DNA of 64,000 nucleotides from Octopus sinensis (Eukaryota): the NCBI RefSeq assembly GCF_006345805.1, contig NC_043006.1:9672001-9736000 (forward strand), given 5' to 3'. The position numbers and the translations under genes are program-made. The notes beneath the pieces were generated by a model. It worked only from the letters and a program-made list of their open reading frames with translations. It ran no database searches and was not told the origin of the DNA. This document shows positions 53,248-64,000 of this stretch, piece by piece. The first letter of the stretch is position 1; every line of letters starts with the position of its first letter.

Positions 53248-54923
53248 CCTCTGTATGAATACCTCAAATTTTGGTTTACGTATTGAACACCGCTCTTCGA
53301 CCTGCGTATTAGTAAATATAAGGAATATATACATACAGAAGGGCTTCTAAGACTTAGATTACATAACTTTCTCAATAGTTTTTCTGTTTCGTTCACATGC
53401 AATTTATGCATTTTCACACAATTTTATTGGATATTATGAATAGCAGAACACACCGGAAATCCTTTTTTCCTAAACAGTGAACATATTTTATTATTATATT
53501 TGAAGTGAATTCTATACGCTTATGTATTTAATAGTCAATCATTATGATGTGTTTGGATAAGCTATGTCACTTTAAACACTTAACCTAATTTGTGTTGAAC
53601 GATTTTTTTCACTTTGCGCATGTCAGTTATTTCTAAATAACACTGAAGAAAATATGTCAAGCGAATGTATTGCTCAATTAGAATACAATCATCACTTTTT
53701 AAAATGTTATTCATTTCGTTTAATATATCGGAAATGCAGTTTTATATAATAATACAAAAGGAAAAGTAGCTACTACTACTACTACTATTACTACTAATTG
53801 TTTTTCAAAACTTTTATCTGTAATCATATGCTGTCTTGTAAAAAAATCAATGTTTTATCACACGAAAATGCGATAACAGGAGAATATTTCTTCCTTTGCT
53901 GTTGACATGCACTGTGTTTTTTCGTTCTTTAAATGTCGGCCCTTCATTTTAGAAAATATGCAATTTGTACTTATTGCGATATGCGTCGCAGCTTAGCCTT
54001 CTTCTATGCACAGATAGCATTTGAGACCGATCTGCGGTATTCGCATTTTATAATATTAATATATACATAAAGACACGCATGCAAAAGCATAACAATTTTC
54101 GGTTATCTCTACCCTCACAAAGCACTTCTACTCCGATACAAATTATATTAACGTGAGCCATCTAGCAAACATATAGGAAATACATCTAAACTTTTGCATG
54201 TCAGCTATCCTCGTTTTCTGCCCCTCTGTATATCGCAAGTACCCTATTTACTGCTGTATTACGCACCAAATTTTATTGCCTCCCGCGTGCACATTTTAAA
54301 ATTCTAGTCATAATACAGTGCTTCCCTATTTCCCTTCAGCAAAAATATAAGTGAAATCTTTCAAATATTCTCGAAAGGGAACCTTGGAAATTCTACTCCT
54401 TTTGAAGCGGCAATTGCATGTCAGTTTTCTCCTTGCTCTTTATTTGAAAAAACAAAATTATTTAATAAGGCAGCCAAAGATTTCGTGAATTATCTGTCCC
54501 ACGTCTTTTAAAATTTTTACTTCTCTATTTAGAAGGCAGCATTATTAAAATGTTTATTGTGAAAGTTTACTTTCCTGTAATTGATTGCCGTTTGTGAGAC
54601 TCATATTTCATATTTTTGTCATTGCTTTCGGTTTGGTAAATTTGTCTTCTCAAATCATTTTTTTTTTTACCGATTTTCAAAAATCTTTAATCAATTTTAC
54701 GTGTCATTTGCGTAAGACGAAGAAGTCATAATGATTCTAAGTAAGCAAAAATGTTAACGAATTTCTAGAAATAAGATTATAGCTGACATCCGAGCAGAGT
54801 GAAGTTAATTGTATCATTTTGTGTTTTATAAGAAACTAGACCACCATGAATGCCATAAAGGAACGAAGAGACGTAAATTTCATTTCAAGGCGAGGGCGAG
54901 TGTCGGAGTGCTCCTTGAATTTA

Positions 54924-54996
<73 letters not shown>

Positions 54997-55055
54997 CGTA
55001 GTGAAAGTTTTGAAGAGTGCAGTTCGATTTTAACAGCCATTTTATCAAAGCTACA

Positions 55056-55226
55056 ACGGAAGTGACAAAGGAGAATATTCAGCATATTTTGCTTAATGAG
55101 TTCAATAAAGGCAAGAACGCGACGGAAAGTGTGAGGATTATTAATGCTGTATTATATGGGAATCAGACCATAAGTGTAAGCCAGTCTCAACGGTGGTTCC
55201 AGGAATTTGGAGCCGGAAACTGTTGA
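55056..55226 (+). mobile_element. Mariner transposase N-terminal HTH fragment
   Basis: [54 protein letters not shown]. The presumed start codon reads ACG. Confidence 0.82.
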
Positions 55227-55259
55227 CTTAATACATAATATGTATGTATACATACATAC

Positions 55260-55312
<53 letters not shown>

Positions 55313-55319
55313 TATGTAT

Positions 55320-55374
<55 letters not shown>

Positions 55375-55376
55375 AA

Positions 55377-55630
55377 GTTCAGCAACAATTTAGATTCAAA
55401 TGAATATGGTACATAATTTAGATGCACCAGAATTTTGTATCGTGTTATCCATAAAAATTTGCGGGGTGATTATAATAAAAAATAAGCAACAAGAATGACT
55501 CCGGTAATTTGGTACAATTGCTTCGCACTACAACATTTTATTAAAAGTTGTAATTATTACAGCAGATTTAAGATGTTGAGTGCTCTTCAGCCAAAAATAT
55601 AGGCATTCCAATAATGCATAAGCTTTTAAA
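55377..55630 (-). mobile_element. Hammerhead family 1 element, single copy
   Basis: Homologous to 16619-16968. 3' end runs into (TA)n at 55376. Confidence 0.8.
55508..55595 (-). ncRNA. Type-I hammerhead ribozyme motif with long stem II
   Basis: Minus strand: tttgg-CTGAAGA-[gcactcaacat...atgttgtagtgc]-GAA-gCAATTGT-A-ccaaa. 5-bp stem I and canonical G10.1-C11.1. A15.1 reads G. Confidence 0.72.
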
Positions 55631-55761
55631 TCAAGTAGTAACATTTTAGAGAAGGTAGATATACAGATAAAGATGTAGAATTAAATTTTAAGAACATTAG
55701 CCACTAACTGACCAAACTATTGTTGTGTTTAACTAGTTGTAGGATTGAGGTAGGATTTTTG

Positions 55762-55794
<33 letters not shown>

Positions 55795-55919
55795 TCTTTG
55801 TGTGTGTGTGACAGAGATAGAGTGAGATAGATAGATAGAGAGAGAGAGCTCTGTGAACTGAAATGGAAAAGATAATAACATTAATACAAACAAATAAAAA
55901 AAGTAAATTCAAGAACGAT

Positions 55920-56030
55920 ATAGAAGGCAAAATCGACCTCCGTGGAACTTGAACTAAGAACGTAAACAGGGACAAAATACGCTAAACATTTTATCCTATG
56001 CGGTTACGATTATGCCAGTGCACTGCCTTC
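55920..56030 (-). mobile_element. Degenerate SINE family B
   Basis: aaggcaaaatcgacctc...gaacttgaact.agaacgta...tgccag..cactgcctt. Confidence 0.6.
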
Positions 56031-56051
56031 AATAATAGTAATAATAATAAT

Positions 56052-56086
<35 letters not shown>

Positions 56087-56205
56087 CGAAGAAGAAGAAG
56101 AAGAAGAAGAAGAAGAAGAAGAAGAAGAAGAAGAAGAAGAAGAAGAAGAAGAAGAAGAAGAAGAAGAAGAAGAAGAAGAAGGAGGAGGAGGAGGAGGAGG
56201 GGGAG
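56030..56205. repeat. (AAT)n-(GAA)n-(GGA)n compound microsatellite
   Basis: (GAA)n at 56088-56180. Source of the poly-E/F ORFs. Confidence 0.97.
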
Positions 56206-56499
56206 GATGATGACAAAACTTTTACTATAAACACAAGACTTGAAATCTTGGGGTAAGTGTTGTCGATTTCGTCCACTCCTTAGCTTCAGAAGAAGAACAA
56301 AAAGAAGAATGCGGGAGTGCCATGATAGTATGTTAAATGGTCAAGTACCCTGAATTATTATCATTCAATAATGATAATAATTACAATAATTTTTGCTTTA
56401 GGTGCCTTCCAGTAATTTGCCTAGGAACATATTAGTAGAGACTACCGACCCCGGTACTTGATTGATTATATAGACATCCCCTCAGTAATCAACTGGCCG

Positions 56500-56620
56500 T
56501 TGTTATCGACCTCGAAAGGATGAAAAGCAAAGTCGACTTCTGCAGAATTTGAACACAGAACGTAGCGACGGGCGAAATATCGCTAAGCATTTTGCCCGGC
56601 GTGCTAACTGTTCTGCCAGT
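56500..56620 (-). mobile_element. SINE family B, 5' part
   Basis: tatcgacctcgaaaggatgaaaagcaaagtcgac...gctaactgttctgccag. Confidence 0.82.
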
Positions 56621-58464
56621 GTCATATCGAATATGAGAGACAAATACTTTCAGATCATTGATGTATCGACTCCGAAACGATGAAAGACAAAATTACCTCG
56701 GCAAACTTGAGTGTAATGATAACGATGAAGAGGAAGAAAAGGATATTTGGTGCAGTTATATATTATAATTATCATTTTTATCTTTCGCATACCTATTACA
56801 TTCAATGGATACATTCAATTGTCTCAATTGCTATTTGTCACTCTTCAAAATTACGCCAGGATAATTTTACGTTTAGCAATAAGTAGGCAGCTAGAGATGG
56901 CGAGAATGATATATTTTGCAGGGTTTCGAAGAAAAGTAATTTGGCGGTGATGTGTACTGAAATAAATTACTCTGACGCTGATTGTATGTGTAGAGAAAAA
57001 TATACATTTCTGAGATAAGGAATTGTTTGATGAAAGTCGGTCACACCATTTCTAATATCAAGGCCTATCGTAAGAACCCTTTTGTTTTTCGATCATATCT
57101 CAATAAAGATTGATATAGCAGAGAAACTATATTATTGTTTTGTGGCAAAGATGCAAATCGCGACGATTTTGTTCTTATCAGAGCATTAGAAATACATTGC
57201 TGTATACAAATATCTTTATCTTAATTTTCCCCTACAAAAGCTACATATATAGTAACTGGTAAAGCTACTAATTGCAGTATCAGACTAAGCACCATACTAG
57301 AAGCTGACTGGTTAATGACAACGTATGTAAAGCTCTAACTCCTACGGTATCAGTCGAATATTTAATTGTACACATAAGATACAAATGTGTTATAGAGTAC
57401 AACTCGTCTATACACAAAAAACACCCATACACACACACGCACTCACACACTTGACAATCTAAAACAACTTGACAATCTAGAATCTTGGTACACTGAACAA
57501 TCTTGACTGATGAATTCAATTAAGTTTGAACAAAATATAACTACTTGACAAAAACACTGGACATTTCATGGTCAGGTTGTACATCAAGAGCTGCCTCACT
57601 TAACCGATTTCAATCATTTGTTTTCGAGAATCACACCTTATGTTGATCAAGGTGAATTGGTAAGTATATTGTGACTTCAATGATAATTATTATAGAACTG
57701 AAAGTATATTTTCGATACTGGATATAAATCTCTCATTGTTTTTAGTGAAGTCTTTTACATCGGTACGAAATTTTAAACAATAATTTCCTTTAATGATGTG
57801 TGTGAACCGCCATCATGTGATTTTACTTTTATCTTCTGAGGTGTAAAACGTCAATGTAAGATCGAGCGTTTTTGTTAACTTATTTTTCATTTTACTGCTA
57901 TCAAAATTATTTCTTAAATAGTGTTCTCAGTGTGTTTGTTGTTTGGGTTTACGTTATTATTTTATATATTGCTGTACTCCAGGCATCCCTGACTATTACA
58001 CCATATATTTTAAGAATGGACAGCTCCTGTAGAATTTCTCAAGTATTTGGTATTAATATGAGTTTTACGTTTAGCTGGACGTGCAAAATGAATAATTTTC
58101 TCGGCTAATGGTTTTTGTCTTTTGTGCAGACTTTCTTGCAAAGGAATTTCGTTGGTGCAGGCGTGTATATCTTAGGCCATACAGTTTTGAAGACCACTTG
58201 CTAGACTTTAATTATGGACTGTAGTTTAGAAACGTTATTTAATGATTTAAACACTAAATTCTACTTTGTTTAACAGACAGAAGTAACAAGTAGAATGAGT
58301 TACAATTCTGATGAAGTATCTACTATGTCATAGATTTGTTTTTGAGTAGATATTCCATCCTTCTTGAACGGAATGTCTTCAAGTGTGTCAGAGGCCTTCA
58401 CGACTTACTCATTAAGTAAGGCAAGATAGGCATCAATAACGTGTATTCTGCGGATATTCTTTTA

Positions 58465-58526
58465 TTCTCCCCCTACATGGCCTTGCTTTTTGCTTTTTGA
58501 GCCAAAAAATTAACTTAACTTAACTT
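58465..58526 (+). mobile_element. CR1-family 3' terminus
   Basis: ccccctacatggcctt...ttttgagccaaa...aacttaacttaactt matches the 3' UTR and tail of the CR1 at 25250-25685. Confidence 0.65.
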
Positions 58527-58625
58527 GTTCTTTTACGTGTTTCAGTCACTTGACTGCGGCCATGCTATCGGTCTTTGGTCGAACCGTTAAGTTACGCGAA
58601 TGTAAACAAACAAGCATATACGTAT
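58527..58625 (-). mobile_element. SINE family A fragment with internal deletion
   Basis: tgtttcagtca.ttgactgcggccatgct joined directly to atcggtct...cgaaccg.taag. Confidence 0.75.
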
Positions 58626-59099
58626 ATATATATATATATATATATATATGCTTGCGCCTATTACTTCCCAAGAATATTTACATTTTTAGAAATTGATACT
58701 GAAATATTGAAGATAAAATTATATTCGCCATGTGATTTTGTCCAAGATAAGATTTGGTGAAGACTCTGTAATCATCTTGCCTAGTATCCCCGCTTTGCTC
58801 CAATACAAGTCGCTCAGAACTATATTACGTAAATATCACCATCTTTTCTGTTGTAAGTAAGGTTACCATATGAGTGGGGAACTAGAGATAGATTTCTAAT
58901 GCTTTTAATATGCATTGTAAAAGTGCGAGTAAATTGACAATCTGGAATAGAGCGGCGAATTTTCTAGAAAGGGGAGATATTCTTGGAATTACTTGAACAA
59001 TTTAGAGAATGAACATATATATGTTAATCGTCATAAAATTCGGTCTAAGAGGGAGGGATGCGAACAGGAAAGAAGCTTTAACGATAGCTAACTTTTTTT

Positions 59100-60430
59100 A
59101 GCAACCACCACAATACGATCTGATACGTCTAACGGAATATGTACAATGTTAAGAGCGATAGTGTCCTAAAAATTCTTACTACGAGTAGATTTGTGAATAT
59201 GAGTCTGATATAAATAAATTCTATGAAAACTAAAGACACCATTGTCGAGAAGAACTGAGAAAATTATATAAGATATTTATGACAATATAGAAAATAAAGA
59301 ACAGATAAGTATTTCTTGGAACCTAACCAACCAAATAGGAGTTAAGATTATTAAATTAGGGAGAAAATACGTTACAGTCTATTTAGAGTAAATTGAAAAT
59401 ATCAGCAGAAAACTTCAAACATATTTCTTTGGATGTAAACAAAGTGTTTGATATAATCTATTCTCTGCCGTCAAAAACACTTAGTTAAATGTGAAGGAGT
59501 TAAATCTCACGTTTTCCAGCTCAGGAATTGGCAGTTACCACCATCGTTTAACAATCTCAATAACACTAAATGCTAAGTCAATAATGTACAACCAAAATTC
59601 AAAAAGAAACCATTCGGAATCAGAAGTATTTAACGGATATAGATTAGGAAGATGGGAATTTTATTTAATTAATATAATATTTAAGTACGCGACAAAATTT
59701 GTCTTAAAATAACGTAATTTCAGAATTCTTGGATGAAAAATGGTGACTTAACAAGATGTAATGAAACCGTAAACTTGAGAAAACAGTTACAGAGAACAGA
59801 TGAGCCTACAAAATCATTAAAAAGAATGAAGTAAATAATAACTGTAAATATACAAAGTTTCAACGGAATTTGGTGAACCAGGAAGATGTTATGGAATAAA
59901 TAACACAAGTAAAAAATGCAAAAATCGTTGAGGACCTAATAAAGGAATGGGGACTGAATACCAAATTAATGGAGGAAAATGTACAAACTTACTAAACAAA
60001 TCAATTGAAGTGATTAATGGAAGGAACTTTACACCTACGAAATAGGTTGGTAAAACAACCCTTGAAAGCCATTCACTATAATAGTAACCTAAAGCCATAA
60101 ATCATATGAGAAGTAATACAAGTAATTAGGAAAGGAAAATGTAATAAATCACCTCAATCGGATAAAATACATGCCGAACGCCTACTGTAGCAGGAGGAAT
60201 ATTTGATTTATTTATAGGTTTACTAAGAGTGTTTTACATACTTGACAATAGCCCAGTAAATGGACGGAAGCTATTGTTATGCCATTGACAAAGATGGTAA
60301 AAGACGGATATATATATATAGCAACAACCATTAGAATTACTTTAATTAACCAATCATAGTAGCATGTTTCTCAGCGTTATACTTGGTGAAGGAAATTGAA
60401 AGAAAACTTTATAAATGTCAGTCACTTTAC
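59100..60430 (+). mobile_element. Highly decayed non-LTR retrotransposon ORF2 (pre-RT/RT N-terminus)
   Basis: EVIQVIRKGKCNKSPQSDKIHAERL (60110-60183) and PSKWTEAIVMPLTK (~60252-60293) match LINE RT domain 0/1 patterns. Upstream boundary uncertain. Confidence 0.55.
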
Positions 60431-61559
60431 AAAGAAGCTTAAATTACTTTAGAGTATATATATATACTACATATGTGGGAAAATCTGTCTGTGGGTGTGT
60501 TTGTGGAGTTCTTAGCTAACTCCTCTTACATCGTCTTATCTGGCATTCTCAGATTGTTGAAAAAGTCGATAATAGGACCCTTTTATATATCTAATATATT
60601 TTAGTTTAAAAGACAAGGGAAATAACCCATTCACCACTGGAAGGGATCCTTATGTACAGCCAAGGAAAATAGCTCGTTTATTTTCCTAAGTTGTTTGGTA
60701 TAAATCAAATTGAGTATGCTTATTTCTTAGTATTTGATCTGTTAGGGTTATTTTCGCAATTTATCCAGTACACCAATTAAACAAATAAATAGTAATTTCC
60801 TTAACAATAGATGCACTTATTTCGGTTAGTTCAGGTACTTACACTAGTGCTCCTGGGGGTAATATTCTCGGGAACGCACAAAAGCCCTTTTCAGAGTTAT
60901 CTACGTTGAATTGTTTATTATCTCATATTTGACTAGGCTGTTATTATGGAACACGTTTCACGATTTTAGTATACATACCTTATTAGTATTTCCTCCTACG
61001 TTCTATATAATCAAGGAACGCATTAAAGCTCTCTTCAGGACTATTCTAATTGAATTGTTACTATCGGATAACTAATTTCATGTTATTATATAACTGATTT
61101 AAGAATGTGAGTATTCATAACTTATTGGGAATTCATGAAAACAAGATCCTCTGTAAAGCAATTCGATATTCTCTGTAAATGAACAAAAACTGTTTTAAGG
61201 GCTACATACTTTGTATTGTTATTACTGGATTAGGGAAACAATTATGAGAACGGAACCAAGGGACAAGCCCCGCTTTCCCGCGAATTACCGGGTACTTCCG
61301 CCAGCATATACATACATACATACATACATACACACACATATATATATAGAGAGAGAGAGATAGATAAAGAATGATTTATCACCAGAAATTCCTTTCATCC
61401 TGACACGTGCCATGAAAACATACCACCAATGTATGTAGAATAACTTCCACACTCTTTTTACGTGCTAAGATTTTAATATGCTAGCTTATTTTACTAATTC
61501 ATTCTCTAATTATTCTCTTACATATGGTTCATCCCACTTTTCCCATTTAATGGATATAC

Positions 61560-62125
61560 AATTCCTATTTTCCTTGCAAGAAACTCAGTCGTAGCACCAA
61601 TAGGTTTCTTTGTATTGGATATATTTTCCACTCTCTTATTTTTCCGTTACACTAACATCGCATTTGTCCATTTCTTCAGAGATGTTCTATCTGACTTCTT
61701 TAGTCTTATGTTTGTTCCGCGTCACCCTTTTCTTGCATTTGTTTATCCCACTACTCATCATTTTTTTCACTCGTTCCATTATTCTGCTGGACGTTGACCA
61801 CTGACTCACTTCTAACCTCATTTTCGTTCGCTCCACTTGCTACAAGTTCATCACTTTCATTATCAACGTTCTCAGCTGTGACCTTTGTAGACACAGCTAT
61901 CCATTATGCTTCTTCCGACTCACCTTTTCTAAGCAATTCTTGTCTTTTTTTTTTCGAATGAAGCGTGTCTGGTTACATCGGAATTGTTCAGGTACTGTCA
62001 GTTCTTATTTCTCCTTTGACGGGTCTTGTTTTTTTCTTCCTGCACGGTGGCCAGACATTCCTCTCATCACCGAGTAAACTTTGTTGGTTTGCCTGTTCAG
62101 TCGTCTGCGACCTGGCCTATCATTA
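61560..62125 (-). mobile_element. Decayed R4/Dong-like N-terminal region
   Basis: Minus strand: LKKSDRTSLKKWTNAML and NISNTKKPIGATT resemble the R4/Dong 'LK...LK..T..VN..I.T.NITETN.LI.A' region. Confidence 0.45.
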
Positions 62126-62127
62126 CA

Positions 62128-62214
<87 letters not shown>
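62128..62214. repeat. (ACT)n microsatellite
   Basis: Directly visible. Confidence 0.97.
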
Positions 62215-62634
62215 GCTATCGCAATTTCGGCTGATTATGCTTGAGATTGGTCCAATCTCGCCAGCCCCAAGGAAAAACTAAGCTAAGAGCATTAGATTCC
62301 TTGGAAAAAAGCAGCAAATGCACACAAAAACAAGGACGGAAAGAACCGACATTGTTACACAAATATAAATATAATAAGAATACAATAAAAATAATAACAG
62401 GACATAAAAACAGGTGTCTTTCGACTAAGGACGAATTGAATATATATATATACAAATCATATTTATAAAAGCGATGGCGCTAACAATAACGGCAGTAATA
62501 ATAATATTATTAATGACAACGGTGATATTGATAATGGAAATATCTAATCACGGTCGTCCCATGGGGTTCCTCCATTTATAATCAAATATATCTATAGAGC
62601 TCTATATTTAAGAGATAAGGAATTATATACAATA

Positions 62635-62820
62635 TTTACATTATATACAATTGACGGATATTTGTCCTCATATTGTCTGTTGTTAACACAACGTTTCGGC
62701 AAATTCCGTAGTGGTTAAGAGCGCAGGCTATAAACCCCAAAATTCCGAGTTCGATTCCAGGCAGTCACATGAATACTACTACTACTACTGCTACTACTAC
62801 TACTACTACTACTACTACTG

Positions 62821-62882
<62 letters not shown>

Positions 62883-63016
62883 CATCGAAAAATACCTTAG
62901 GAATGATTAATTTCCCCAAAACACATGATGAAGGCTGGAGGGTATATCAATCGAAACGTTGTGTTAAAAACAAACAAGATGAGGACAAATATACGTCAAA
63001 ATGTAAATAATGTAAA
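62635..63016 (+). mobile_element. tRNA-headed, hammerhead-tailed element with inverted terminal copy (family 5)
   Basis: tRNA-like head (truncated A-box cgtagtgg at 62707; B-box GTTCGATTCC at 62749-58), then (ACT)n(AAT)n, then a hammerhead-like motif. 62635-62700 is the inverted copy of 62951-63016. Confidence 0.8.
62920..62965 (+). ncRNA. Degenerate minimal type-I hammerhead motif
   Basis: aacac-aTGATGA-a[ggctg gagggtatat caatc]-GAA-ACGT-T-gtgtt. C3 reads A and stem II has a mismatch; the inverted copy retains gccGAAAC. Confidence 0.5.
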
Positions 63017-63152
63017 TGATGTAAATATATCTATCTTTATTAAATTTTAAGAAGAGATGAAGTAGTAACGTATACTAAATTGTACACTAAAGCAAGTAGC
63101 CACATCAACGTGACAGATGAATATTACTACTACTTTAACCCAAGGCAGATTA

Positions 63153-63212
63153 TCCATCAACTGGTTTTCGGTGAAAGCTCGGCAGAACTTGCACCGAAAA
63201 CCAGCTGGTGGA
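63153..63212. ncRNA. 60-nt hairpin, pre-miRNA-like candidate
   Basis: tccatcaactggttttcggtg / caccgaaaaccagctggtgga: 21-bp stem with one mismatch and one G-U, 18-nt loop. Confidence 0.3.
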
Positions 63213-63247
<35 letters not shown>

Positions 63248-64000
63248 GGGGGGATATGTATATACGTATACATGTACAAATATAAATGCATAGATTCACT
63301 CATACATGTATATAAGCTCATGCACAAGACATGCACACACACATACATAAGACAACATTCAATTTAATAGTGTTTCTTTATATTACAGTATAATTAAATT
63401 AATGCTCAGATCAAATTCATTTACGTAAAATGACTTTTACATAAGGTGTAGGTGTATATATGTCACATAACATGCGTGCTAAATATACATTCTTTGTTTA
63501 CATTAGCGATGGATTGAGATCTGCCACAGTACGTCATCATAATTGGTGTCTATAGAAAAATTGCGGAATTCTCACAATACATAATAATTCAGTTCATCTC
63601 AATTAATTAATAAGTATTGTTAATTATTGTTCAAAGTTAATATAATAGGCTTAATATAATGTGTATTATCAGAGAAATTTTCCATGTTATTAAGTTATGT
63701 ATAAATATAGAAAAAGGGTATCATATAGAAATCTGGTACATTACGTCATCATAATCCGTATCTATGACTACGAAGCATATTCGGTGCATAATGATTCAGT
63801 TAATCTCAATAAATTCATGAATAATTGTTATTAATTAGTTTTTAATTTTTTTTTAATTAGGATTTTAATTATTAATGTAAGGTTGAATATAGTATGTATT
63901 ATAAGAGATATAATCTAGGTATAATATTATGTTACGTAGAAGATATATAATAAACAAATTACATTAGCGGAATGGATACAGAAAATTCTTCTAATAAATG

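Noticed and set aside
57507-57545. CTGATGA-a[ttcaa..ttgaa]c-AAAA
   Set aside because: G12 is missing and there is no helix III or stem I complementarity.
62541-62575. HGRPMGFLH resembling the PLE GxPMGS motif
   Set aside because: Too short, with no supporting flanking RT motifs.
63530-63820. Degenerate direct repeat with ~210-bp offset
   Set aside because: Only two short motifs align. Likely an old local duplication with no structural signature.

Overview
AT-rich, microsatellite-dense eukaryotic genomic DNA with no confidently identifiable intact protein-coding gene. It looks like a long intron or intergenic interval. The tRNA-derived SINE families and (TA)n/(TG)n landscape resemble Octopus (coleoid cephalopod) DNA; this is an inference, not checked. 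Nearly all listed ORFs are microsatellite artefacts or transposon debris. Recognisable content: a decayed Penelope-like element (PLE; RT plus GIY-YIG, ~7.3-9.8 kb) and two more PLE fragments; R4/Dong-, RTE-, CR1- and other LINE fragments; mariner remnants and a mariner MITE; non-autonomous Helitrons with A|TC...CTAG|T ends; and three tRNA-SINE families. The main unexplained structure is a set of short foldback elements from at least five unrelated sequence families. They mostly sit head-to-head, and in most copies the 3' ends run into (TA)n. Each carries a minimal type-I hammerhead ribozyme motif (stem I - CUGANGA - stem II - GAAA - palindromic helix III - UH - stem I). I read eight such motifs. 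Three share a CCGANGA (U4C) core variant, two face each other in a ~400-bp palindrome, and one is fused behind a tRNA-derived Pol III head. They look like non-autonomous PLE/retrozyme-like elements. Two pre-miRNA-like hairpins are also noted. All structures were read by eye; no folding, alignment or database search was run.
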